Numbered from the stretch's first letter, positions 40,358 to 51,605 are shown. The stretch: 64,000 bases of DNA from Lama guanicoe (GCA_013239625.1 MU053561.1:5878439-5942438); one strand, 5' to 3'. Translations and numbers: made by a program. The notes: a model not told the origin generated them from the letters alone.

Positions 40358-40486
40358 TTTTTTTTTGGTAGGGGCAGGTAATTAGATTTTTTTTTTCTTT
40401 AATTTTTTTATGGAAGTACTGGGGATTGAACCCAGGACCTTGTGCATGCTAAGCAAGCGCTCTACCACTAAGCTGTACCCTCCACC
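40358..40486 (-). mobile_element. tRNA-Ala-derived camelid SINE
   Basis: GTACTGGGGATTGAACCCAGGACCTTGTGCATGCTAAGCAAGCGCTCTACCAC. TSD CTGT(G/A)TATCTTTTT at 40344-40357 and 40487-40500. Confidence 0.9.
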
Positions 40487-41210
40487 CTGTATATCTTTTT
40501 GTGCTTTTTAAATTTTGAACATGTGCCTGTTTTGTCTATCAAATTAAGTACTTTTTAAAAGAACAGAAGTGCTAAATTGTAGTACTTTTTTCATGAGCTC
40601 AGAGAAATCAAAGGGACTTCGGACATTTTCTAGCTTCTGAGAGCCATTAACTGTGGAGGCTTCTGAACTCCATCGGCCAGGATTTCTAATCAGGTGATGA
40701 CTGTAATGGCTTGAAGAAAACGGTATAAATATTATCCAGAGGTGCTCCAAGTGCTCAGTGTGTCTGAAGCTGACTACAAGCCAGAGGTTCATATGTTGCA
40801 ATTCTGACATACCAAAGGGTTTGAGAGCTACATGCATTTTGCATCAAAAGTAAGTTATGCCAGTAGTGCTAATTGCACATGACTCTTTTGAGAAAACATT
40901 TCCTTCTTTGTCCACACCCAGAGATAACTAGCACATTTCTCTGAATATGTGACATAATAGACCTATAAACTGTATCCCTCTCTATTTTTAATGATAGCTA
41001 ATTGAGGCCATCTTTCCTGAAATAACTCTGAAAGACAAATTGCATATCATGAGCCTTGTGGCAGAATTTTTCCTAAGTGGGTTATATTTATTGATTGGAC
41101 TTAGGTGGTATGCCCCCTTAAGGATTATCATTACTTTTACAACTGCCTTAATTTAACTTGTGCTTTTGGGCCACACCCTCAACACTATGTTTTGAGTTCT
41201 AAGTGGCTTA

Positions 41211-41462
41211 GTTTTCTTCCTCCCTCCCTCTCTCCTTCCTTCCTTCTTCTTGTCCTCTCTTCCTTCCTCTCTCTTCTCTCCTTTTCTCTCTCCCTTCCTC
41301 TCCCTCTCTGCTTTATCTTCCTCTCCCTCCCTGCTTTCTCTTCCTCTCCCTCCCTCCTCCACCTCTTTTGCTTTCTCCCTTCCTTCTTTCCTTACTTTCT
41401 CTTTTCCCTTTCTCCCTCCCTCTCCCTCCATCTCTCTCTCTGTCTCTTTCTTTCTTTCTTTC
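41211..41462. repeat. ~250-bp C/T-rich (polypyrimidine) low-complexity tract in intron 2
   Basis: Almost purely C/T on the + strand. Confidence 0.93.
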
Positions 41463-41619
41463 TGTGCTTTGGTTCAGAGATACATACTGATGTTAATTAG
41501 ATTATAAGTATACCTTTTAAAGGAGAAGATCTTATTTCCTTACTCTTGGATTATTTATTTGAGTTTTTCTTTTTTTTTAACATGAAAATATAAATTTACA
41601 TTTTTTTCAGTTCCACAGT

Positions 41620-41711
41620 GGAGAGAGGGGGTATGGCTCAGAGGTAGAGCATCTGCTTAGGATGCAAGAGGTCCTGGGTCCCCTCTATTTCAAAAAAAAA
41701 AAACAAACCTG
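41620..41711 (+). mobile_element. tRNA-Ala-derived camelid SINE
   Basis: GGGGGTATGGCTCAGAGGTAGAGCATCTGCTTAGGATGCAAGAGGTCCTGGGT + poly(A). Exact 15-bp TSD TTTCAGTTCCACAGT at 41605-41619 and 41712-41726. Confidence 0.9.
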
Positions 41712-42211
41712 TTTCAGTTCCACAGTAATGTCATCTTAACATTGCCAGTTTAGAATTTAAAATACTACAAACTTTACAGTATTAACTTCTACTTCACAGA
41801 GTCAATAGTGTGGCAGTATTTTTTGATCTTTGTAATTCTGACTACAAAAACTGTTTAATGACTAATTTATATGAAAATATTTAATGAATATTCTCTTAGT
41901 ATTTAATTCTTTCATCTTCTACAAGCTATAAGTTCAAACTATTTCCAAACCAGCTGTGGCCTAATATCTTCATAAAGAGATTTAGAACATCAATGAAAAC
42001 TTCTTTCTACATATCCTTGGATGACCTGAAGTGTCTCCTGCAGCCAGTTCTTGACCCAGCCCCTTAGAATCAGTCCTCTGCAACACTAGGATTTTCAAGA
42101 GCTTTAATTCCTTCTTGCATTTTAATATATATACACATATGTATATACATACCGCATTTTGATTATACGTACCATACTTTGAAATTGGGTTCCCTGGGGC
42201 CAGAACCTGCC

Positions 42212-42322
42212 TTTTTTTTTAATGGAGGTTTTTTTTCTTTTTTTTTTAATGGATTGAACCCAGGACCTCGTGCATACCAAGCACAGGCTCTACCACTGAG
42301 CTATTACCCATCCCCCTGCCCC
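42212..42322 (-). mobile_element. tRNA-Ala-derived camelid SINE
   Basis: GATTGAACCCAGGACCTCGTGCATACCAAGCACAGGCTCTACCACTGAGCTA with T-tail. Confidence 0.85.
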
Positions 42323-43405
42323 CAATAGCCTGTCCTTGTCATCTGAGTATACCATACTGCAACTCTGAACAGTAGCACTACAGTATGAGTAATGCAGAAT
42401 TTTTCATAGTGTTTATGGAGATAGAATCTGTCAACATGATCAACAGTATATTCTGAATATGCACATTCTACGTCTGTTTTTAAAAAAGGACTTACTATCT
42501 TCTAGGGAGCTAAGTATAGAATAATAGAATAAGGTCAGAATTTACTGTGCTAATAGAAGAAAAATATGATTTGTATGTCTTCTTAATAATTTAGTCCCAA
42601 AAATAGAGTACATGTAATGGGAAGAAAATGGGCTAGATTTGAAACTCAGTTCTCATTAGCTTTGTGACTTTGTAAATTCAAACATCAGTTCTTTCCTTTG
42701 TGTCCCCTTCCCACGGATGCACTGCAGTGACTTTTTATTTGCAGTCATCTGACTTAATCTTCTTCTACAGTTTTTCATAGTGTTGCTACCACAAAACAGG
42801 CATGGAACCTATTAACCCTAAAAGATATTCCATTCAATTCAATACCTGAGATATCTCCATGTAACTGGGAACAGGTATTTTGTTTTGTTTTAAATTTAGA
42901 TGTCCTAATTGCAAAACTACTTAACTTGGAAAAAATAATTATGTATTTTAACCTTTGTTTTTTTTAAATATGACACAAGCCACATTTATGATAATGTGTG
43001 AAGAACACTCTAACATCATCTCATCATGTCATTGTGCCTGTCCAAAATTAAAATAGAGCAGACTTGCTAAATATATATTGATCATATCCTAGATACAGCG
43101 AGAAGCCTATGAATATGCATTACCAAGGTGTTTTCAGCCTGTTCTACCTTACAAGAGAAAGGTTAAGTTCTTTTCAATATTTCAAGATAGAGAAGATACA
43201 CAATTAATGATTTTTAGTGTCTGTACTTTCCAGCACAAATACCTATGACTATGAAATAATTATAGATAGCAATATTCTTATCGTTGCCTTTTGCTGTATC
43301 TGCTAATTTTGGAGGACTTGTCATTCAGTGTTGTTAATGCCTTATGTACATGTGAGGGGGTGTGTTTCTTTCCTCTGTACTACTAAATTTTGGGTTCTCT
43401 CCTAG

Positions 43406-43549
43406 GTCCTATCAGCAGTATCCTGGTGAATAAATATGGCAGTCGTCCAATCATGATTATTGGCGGCTGCTTGTCAGGCTGTGGCTTGATTGCAGCTTCT
43501 TTCTGTAACACTGTGAAGGAACTTTACTTGTGTGTTGGAGTCATTGGAG
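43406..43549 (+). CDS. SLC16A1: MCT1 coding exon 2 (gene exon 3)
   Basis: CCTAG| acceptor, [48 protein letters not shown], donor GTGAGT at 43550, 144 nt, phase 1-1. Confidence 0.98.
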
Positions 43550-44122
43550 GTGAGTTGATTCATTTTAAAATATTAATTCATTGCTGGCTATTTAGTATTC
43601 ACCTGCACTGGTCCTTCAGATCTTCTGTGTGAAATTCCTTCCTTATAGAAATTACTTGATTATCATTTTGAATAGCTGTAAATACATTAAGGGTACTAGA
43701 AAACCAAAATTTTAAAGAAATTGCTATCATACAGTTGGTGTTCATTGTAGAATAAATGAATGAATTGAAATAAATGATTGTATCCCTTGTCCTAAGAATA
43801 GTCAGTGGTTGTGGATAAAATATATCTGGTAGTTTGTTGCAAGGGTGGTCACTGGTTACTGCTCTCCCTCAGTACCTGTTCCTCTCACAGGAATAGACTT
43901 CGATTGCAGCAAAACATGAAGCAGGAATTATCTGATAACAAAGTTCACATATATTTCCGAGGAATAGAGGATCCTCTATCCCTTGATAATTCCTTCCCCT
44001 TTGTTTTAATGGCCAAATTAAGATAATGAACTGCTGATGAGTATGATAAATAAATATTATTCATAATGTCACTAATAAATGGCTATTGACATTTTAATGT
44101 ATGTCCTTCCCAGCTTTTTTCT

Positions 44123-44283
44123 CATTTGTATTATTTAATTATTTCATTTTGGTGGTGGGGAGGTAATTAATTTATTTTATTTATTTTAGGTTTATTACTT
44201 TTTAGAGGAGGTACTGGGAACTGGACCCAGGACTTCGTGCATGCTAAGTGTGTGCTCTACCACTTGAGCTATACCCTCCCCAC
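44123..44283 (-). mobile_element. tRNA-Ala-derived camelid SINE
   Basis: tRNA-Ala head in antisense. Exact 15-bp TSD TCCCAGCTTTTTTCT at 44108-44122 and 44284-44298. Confidence 0.92.
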
Positions 44284-45420
44284 TCCCAGCTTTTTTCTAT
44301 GTGTAAACATACAACTTTTTTCAGAACAAAAAACGATATGATTACATAAAATATTTTATAACCAGTTTTTTTTTGACTTAACAATAGATCATGAACAACA
44401 GTCATATATATGTATGTCGGGCACTGGCTCTGTGCTGTGGGCACAGGGCAACAAGTTGGGCAAAGTCATGCCCTTTCATGGGAGGAGTCAGACACAGCTA
44501 CTTACAAATAGATAAATAAGTAAGAAAAATCAGGGAGCAATAAATGCTGTACAAACCCTCAAAACAAAATGTCCTGACAGGGAAGGACTAGGTAGTCAGC
44601 AAAAGGAAGGAAGGGCTCACTGCAGAGATGACCTTAATAGATATCTGAGTAACAGCAGGGAACAAGCTTTGTGAAAATCTAGGAACACAGGCCCTAAGTC
44701 AGCTTGCTTATTAGCACAGGGAAGAATGGTCTGGTATGAGATCAGGGAGGGAGGTAAAGGCCAGGAGAAAGGTTATGCCCAGGAAGCCATGAGCAGGTTT
44801 GAAATACAGGAGTGACCTACTCTGGTTAATTGGTTTAAGACTCTGTGAATAGCTTAGATATAAATAGTAGGGAGCAAGAGGGGGCCAGGGAGAGCACCAA
44901 AAGTTATTTGAATATTTACTGATTCTAGCACCATTTATTAATTCTTTTTGTAGTAATTAAAAATGTCACTTTTACCTTACCTTAAATGTTGATATATATT
45001 TCAGGTATGTTCCTGGACTTTCTGTCCTTTCTTTTATCTGTTACTGAGCCAGAGTCACACTGTTCTAATGATTGTAGCTTTTAAAAGTTCATTTTTATAT
45101 CTAATATTAATCCCATTCCTCCTGCTGCATCACCAGAAACTTCCTGGTTGACTCACATGTATTCTCTAATTATGTTTTAGAGTCATTTTACTTCATCTCC
45201 AGAGTGAAATGCACTGACATTTTCATTGGAATCACATTAGATCGGCACATTCATTTGGGGAGTACTGACATCTTGAGAATGTTGTGTTTTATTACCCCAA
45301 AATTTTGTGTGTTGGTTTTAATTCTCTGGCCTTTCCAGAAAGTTATACAATTGTAGCCATTATAAATTGCACATTTTTTAGTTTTTGGTACTGCTGTATG
45401 TAAAAGGAATAATTTTGTAT

Positions 45421-45498
45421 TGCATTTTCTAATTTAAGACTGTTTTTAAAACTCTCTGTTTGCATTTTCTAATTTAAGACTGTTTTTAAAACTCTGTT
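45421..45498. repeat. ~40-bp tandem duplication
   Basis: TGCATTTTCTAATTTAAGACTGTTTTTAAAACTCT(CT)GTT occurs twice. Confidence 0.93.
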
Positions 45499-45749
45499 TG
45501 ATAACTGTCTATTTAATGATCTTCTGTGGTTACAGTTATCCCTCAGGTTATTTGCCAGATTTGACAAATAGCTAATCGCTTGCAAATAATATAAACAACA
45601 ATTATAAAATAACTAACATATATCGATTGCTAACCACGTGCCAGGCACTGTTATGAGTTATGTGCCTCTTGTTTTATTCACAGCAGTTCTGTGTGCCTGT
45701 TTTACATGTGAGGAAAGAGTCATAGGAGGGTCAAGGGGTCTGACATCTG

Positions 45750-46090
45750 GTTTTATTTTTTATTTTATTTTTTCACCACCAAAAGTTTATTTCCCATCCA
45801 TCACCACACAGTTGATTGCCTTTACTCATTTCCCCCTCCCCACAGCCCCTTCTTCTCTGGTAACCATTACTCTGTTCTCTGTATCTACATATTTGTTTTT
45901 GTTTGGTTTGGTTTGTTAATTTATTTTGTTTTTGTTTATTAGTTTTTTATATCCACGTATGAGTGAAATCATGGTATTTGTCTTTCTCCTCTGATTTATT
46001 TCACTTAGCATAATACCCTCAAGGTGCAGCCATGATGTTGGATAGAACAATATTTTATCTTTTCTGTATGGCTGAGTAGTATTCCATTGC

Positions 46091-46132
<42 letters not shown>

Positions 46133-46410
46133 CCCATCTTCTTTATCCATTCGTCTATTAACGGACACAGGTTGTTTCTATAACTTGTCAATTGTAAATA
46201 ATGCTGCTATGAATATGAACATTGGATCTTTTATGATTCCACACATATTTTATGATTTTTTGTTCTATTTTTGTAAAAAATGTACTTTGGATTTTTATAG
46301 CCATTGCATTGAACCTGTAGACTGCTTTAGGTAATAAGGACATGTTGACAATGTTAATTCTTCCAACCCATGAGCATAGATTATCTTCCTATTCATTTGT
46401 ATCATTTTGA
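45750..46410 (-). mobile_element. L1 fragment(s) containing a (TA)n(CA)n microsatellite
   Basis: ORF 45916-46191 CPLIDEWIKKM...LEGIMLSEINQ is the L1 ORF2 end. Microsatellite at ~46091-46131. Confidence 0.85.
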
Positions 46411-46512
46411 ATTATATAGCTTTTGTTTTAATTTATTTGTCTGGTTAAGTAATTCTGAATATATTTCTGACATTTTATTGTAGTGTGTGATTCTTTTTCC
46501 CCCTCTCCCCAG

Positions 46513-47382
46513 GTCTTGGGCTTGCTTTCAACTTGAATCCAGCTCTGACCATGATTGGCAAATACTTCTACAAGAGGCGACCATTGGCAAATGGACTGGC
46601 CATGGCAGGCAGTCCTGTTTTCCTCTCTACCCTGGCCCCCCTCAACCAGGCTTTCTTTGGCATCTTTGGCTGGAGAGGAAGCTTCCTAATTCTTGGGGGC
46701 TTACTGTTAAACTGCTGTGTAGCAGGATCTCTGATGAGACCAATAGGGCCCAAGCCAAGCACTGCAGAGAAACATAGGTCTAAAGAATCCATTCAGGAAG
46801 CTGGAAAATCTGATGCAATAAAAGGAGCAAGTGATGCAAATACAGATCTTATTGGAGGAAACCCCAAAGAAGAGAAACGATCAGTCTTCCAGACACTTAA
46901 TCAATTCCTGGACTTATCCCTGTTTGCACACAGAGGCTTTTTGCTCTATCTGTCTGGAAACGTGCTCATGTTTTTTGGACTATTTACACCTTTAGTCTTT
47001 CTTAGTAATTATGGCAAGAGTCAGCATTACTCTAGTGAGAAAGCTGCCTTCCTTCTTTCTATTCTGGCTTTTGTTGACATGGTAGCCAGGCCTTCTATGG
47101 GACTTGTAGCCAACACAAAGTGGATAAGACCTCGAGTCCAGTATTTTTTTGCTGCTTCCATTATTGCAAATGGAGTATGTCATCTGCTAGCACCTTTCAT
47201 CAACTCCAGCTATATAGGGTTTTGTGTCTACGCGGGATTCTTTGGATTTGCATTTGGATGGCTCAGTTCAGTGTTATTTGAAACACTGATGGACCTTGTT
47301 GGACCCCAGAGGTTCTCTAGTGCCGTGGGATTGGTGACCATTGTGGAATGCTGTCCTGTCCTCCTGGGGCCACCGCTTTTAG
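46513..47382 (+). CDS. SLC16A1: MCT1 coding exon 3 (gene exon 4)
   Basis: Polypyrimidine tract + CAG| acceptor, [35 protein letters not shown]...[10 protein letters not shown] (catalytic D/R pair)...VLLGPPLL, donor GTATAG at 47383, 870 nt. Confidence 0.98.
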
Positions 47383-48119
47383 GTATAGTATGTCCCTATT
47401 TCTGTGGTTCTGTTAAAAAACAAGCATAGATGATTGAGAAGGTGAGAGAAAGCAGGAATCAGTGAGCTGCTTGATGGCAGAGGGCTAGTCTTTCTTATTT
47501 CTGTACCCTCTGTGCTGATACAATGCTTGGCACAGCATAATTGCTCAAATACTTATAGAACTGAATTAAAATGAATCATCAAGCTGAAAGGGGAGTTAAA
47601 TAATTTTACAAATAGCATTGGTTTTAAAAAATGTTTCCTTTTCATAAAACTTACATGCTTACTGTAGAAAAACATGTAAAATACAACTCTACCTCTAAAG
47701 CACTGGTAGTGATTGATTTTAATAATGAAGTTTATTTCAGTAGTAATAATTAAAATAATAAATTATAGCTACCGTGAGTGTCCATGGTATACCAAGGACT
47801 GCCCTAACCATTTTCTGTATCCTCCTATATCTTACAAGTCTATGAGGTAGGACTGTTACAGTTCCTACTTCATAAGTGAAGAAATAGTCTTCGAAAGGTG
47901 AAATAATGTGCCTTGCATCACAGAGCTAGTAAGTGAATATATAATTTGGGAACTGTTTCCTAAGGTTATTAAATACTTCATCTTTTAAATTAATAACTCA
48001 AAAGATAACATATGGTGAAAAATAATTTGGCTCTCCCGGTTGTGACCCAGGCTTGTATGAGTGTGATTTGGGAGGTGAGTAGTGACACATAAAAGAAAGA
48101 CCTACAGCTGTCTTTTGAT

Positions 48120-48865
48120 ATTGTGCTTTTCCTCCCCATACCCAATAGAGTTGCCAAGTCTTGTCACTTTTCACTTGGTAAAGCTCTTTCTAATCTGCCC
48201 ATTTTCTCCATGACAACATTACCCTTATCCATAGTTCCTGTCTCGTATCTGGGCTGCTCCAGTAGCCTCCTAACTGGTCTACCCATATCCACTTTAGCCA
48301 GCCCTCAATCCCCTTTCTTCTTTGCTGGCAAAATTATCTTTGCTAATGCAAACCTGATATTCCAGCTGATTAGAACAGTCCAGTTGTTTCCCATATCTTA
48401 GGGTGAAGATCAGATTCCCTACCTTGGCCTGCAAGGCTCTGCATGGGCTGGCCCGCCCATCTCTCCAGCCTCATTCCCACCACTCAGTCTGCTCTCTCTG
48501 CTTCCCCTCTCACACCCTCTTCTTCCTCCTACCACCCGCCTCTGCACAGGCTCTTCTCTACCTGGATACTTTTCCCATCTCCTTTCTCCCAGATAACTCC
48601 TATCCTCCTGTAAGTCTTGGCAAAGTTTATTTACACTTTAAGAAAAGCCCTCCTGACCCTACTTGCTGGCCTCAACCTCCTATTCTCTGCTCTCAGGCCC
48701 TCCCTGTAGCATTTGTCACAGTGTATGCACTTAGTGGGTTAACATTTTTCCTCTCCACTGAACTGTATGGATGTTCCCTCTTTTGCTCACCCTTAACTCA
48801 GGGCCTAGTGGACCCAGTGCCTGGTGTGTGTATAGAGACCCAATAAGCATTGCTGAGTGAGTGAT
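48120..48865 (+). mobile_element. L2 LINE fragment
   Basis: AGTAGCCTCCTAACTGGTCT...CAAGGCTCTGCATG...CCCAGTGCCTGG, a typical sense L2 3' part. Confidence 0.7.
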
Positions 48866-49791
48866 GCCCTGAGCTGGAAAACTGTATGGAGTCCTATTTG
48901 AACTGGTTATTACATTCTTTATGGGTGTAGAGTTTTCCAAAGTTTATTCCTTGAAATACTAGTTTTGTAGAGATGCTAATACATTTTACTATAACAAGGA
49001 TTCCATGGCCAAAAAAGTTTGGAAACACCAAAGTAAATGAGTTTCTTTACTATCAGACCTCATAAAAGCCTTAACAGAAAAGACTATGATATGTCATTTC
49101 CAAATGTACTTGACTTTGGAAACATTAGGGAGGTGTCCTGTAGCACAGAGTTGTGGGTGGAGGCCTGAGTCAGACCTGGTGGGTTTCAAGCCAACCTATT
49201 TCACACACTAGGTCACTTTGTGACCTTGGACGAGTTACTTAAGGTTTCTGAACTTTGGTTTTTACGTTATACAATGGTAATGATGATAGAATCTTCCTGT
49301 AGTGAATATTAAGCACTTAGAATGGTGGAAAGGTATTGCTGTTTGTTAATATTTTAGCACAGGATGAGTGCTCACAGGAATGCTCTTTGGGAAACACTGA
49401 TGTCAGAGAAAGAGCATTGTCCTGGGAGAGTGGAAATCACTCTGTGGCCTTGGGCAAGACTCCCAAACCTCTTTTGAGCAACAAATTTTTCTACTGTATA
49501 TTGAAAGAATTAATCCTATGTGATCTCTAAGTCTTTCCCAGTTCAAATTCGCCGAGATTTAATTATTTTCAAGTTTCTTAAGAACAGAATATTCTAGGCC
49601 ATCCAGAATTGGTGTGATGTCATAAACAAAAGATCAGACAATATTCAGCTGTTCCTTTTTATACTTAATTTTCATTCGTGGGCTTTGAGGATTGGGTGGA
49701 CATTTTTCTAAGTGTATCCTTGGGCTTTATTTGGGAAAAGATATAATTGTTCACCCACATAACCTTTTTTTTTTTTTTTTGCCATCTTTAG

Positions 49792-50069
49792 GTAGCCTGA
49801 ATGACATATATGGAGACTATAAATACACATACTGGGCATGTGGCGTAATCCTTATTGTCTCAGGCATCTATCTCTTCATTGGCATGGGCATCAATTATCG
49901 ACTTCTGGCAAAAGAACAGAAAGCAGAGAAGCAGCAGAAAAAGGAAAGCAAAGAGGAAGAGACCAGTATAGATGTTGCTGAGAAGCCAAAAGAAGTCAGT
50001 GATGCAGCAGAATCTCCAGAGCAGAAAGGCATAGAAGGAGGCCCCAAAGAGGAGGAGAGTCCGGTTTGA
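49792..50069 (+). CDS. SLC16A1: MCT1 coding exon 4 (gene exon 5, coding part)
   Basis: T-tract + TTTAG| acceptor, [39 protein letters not shown]...KEEESPV then TGA at 50067-50069. Confidence 0.97.
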
Positions 50070-51605
50070 ACTTGCGGGGCTGAAGGGTAAATGGAGTAGC
50101 TCATGAAATATTCTATTGGCCTGTAATCTACCAGTGGTGCTCAATGCAAATACTGGACATTTGCGTGGGAATCATTTGCAGGGGTTCGTTGATGGAATTT
50201 TTGTTTCACTCCTTACCAGTAGTCTGAATTAAAAATACCATAGCCTTTGGGGAGGGAGTGGTTGAAAACGAATGCAGGAAGGAAGTTGGGTTTTTGTTTG
50301 TTTGTTTGTTTGTTTGTTTAAATCTTAGCTTTTAACAGTGTCATGAAGATTTTAATATGTGCCTTAAGTTTTATTCTTTAGAACTCTTTAGGGAGCCTTA
50401 ACTTTTTAAACCATTCTGCTTAATTCACCCATTTGAAGCATTCCGTTACAAGGAAAAAATAACAACTAGTTTGAGGCAAATCTAAAATTTAAAATTAATC
50501 TTGCTTCATTGTTATTTATAATATATTGTAAGACATTGTCACTGGAAGATTTATGAACAGAAATGTTTGTTTAAAGTTGGGGGTTTTATAATATCCTGAC
50601 TAAAATATTTTCCTAGCATCAATAGTTGCCTGGCATATATGCTTGCTAAATATGTATTTAGAAAATTTAAGGCATAAAACTTTGGAAACATCCTGGCTGT
50701 TCTAGATGCATTGTGCTCATCAACACCTCTCCAGTATCTTGAGTTGCTTATTAGCAGCCGAATGCTTGAGAGTTGACTTCCTTAAATTACTATTTTTGTT
50801 CCCCTTTCCAAAGACACATTTTGAGTGGTTATAGATCCTCGCCCCTTTTGAGATCACATGGTATTGTTTTTTCACTGTAAAAGTTAGTATTAAAATATAC
50901 AAAACAATATATTTGTGCCTCCTTAGTAAATTAAATGTAGACAGATATTTCAAACAGCAGCTGAATTCACCTTAGGTTTTTTCCAAAACCTCAGTTAAAC
51001 TGTGAGACTTGCAATCTTTTTTTTCTGTTTTTCCTGGAATTCTTCCCCTTTGATTCATAGTAGTTCCATTTATATCTGCATCTACCTTAGCATTGTGTGA
51101 GAACACACACTGTCTTTGTGTGTTCAGTTTTTTGTTTGTTTGTGTTTTCAATGTTTGTTAATTAAAGACAGCCAGAGAGATTTGGCCCAGGCAAACCAGT
51201 AAGGGTAAGACTGGGAGAGAAGTTGCTAAGTGGGCTTATCAATAAGTAACTCCTTTTCCTTTTTCTGAGAAGGCCTTAAAGAAAATTATGTTTTGCTTAG
51301 AGTTACTGGACACATTTTCTTACTCTTTACACAGATCTAAAGGTTTTGTGACCCTTTTCACTTATCTGAAAGGTAGCAGAGAAATGGGTTTAGTATAAGG
51401 ACGGAAGGAGGATGGACCAGAATGAAAACTGTAAATATTTTTTTAACCTGATATATTTTAAATTGAGGCAGGAAGATAATGATAGACATTCAGTGAATTA
51501 TATTCAATGTATTTTAAAATATTGTAATTGACAGTATGGAAGTATAGATATGAAACCTTGTTTAAGAGGCTGGCTTTTTAAAATAAATTTTTTTTTAAGA
51601 AATGT
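50070..51605 (+). other. SLC16A1: SLC16A1 3'UTR (~1.5 kb)
   Basis: AU-rich, no obvious interspersed repeat, runs from the stop codon to AATAAA. Contains miR-29 (50135-50141) and miR-124 (50359-50366) seed matches. Confidence 0.8.
51582..51587 (+). terminator. SLC16A1: Polyadenylation signal AATAAA
   Basis: Canonical hexamer followed by U/GU-rich downstream elements (TGTTTCTT, TGTTTATTTTCTTG). Confidence 0.75.

Larger units (their letters stand above)
20930..51605 (+). other. SLC16A1: SLC16A1 (MCT1) gene span, 5 exons; start and end approximate
   Basis: Four coding exons join in frame via GT-AG introns (217+144+870+278 = 1509 nt, 502 aa) into [20 protein letters not shown]...EEESPV, recognisable as MCT1. 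TATA at 20900, AATAAA at 51582. Confidence 0.97.

Noticed and set aside
41105..41507. Hydrophobic or charged ORFs on both strands
   Set aside because: Translations of the CT-rich low-complexity tract.
9608..44283. tRNA-Ala genes
   Set aside because: The copies are diverged and have poly(A) tails and TSDs, so they are SINEs.
47383..47429. ORF extension [14 protein letters not shown], and the similar overhangs at the other exons
   Set aside because: Read-through past splice sites into introns. The spliced frame gives the canonical MCT1.
50034..50036. Glu at the position equivalent to human D/E490
   Set aside because: Matches a common human allele, so it is not unusual.
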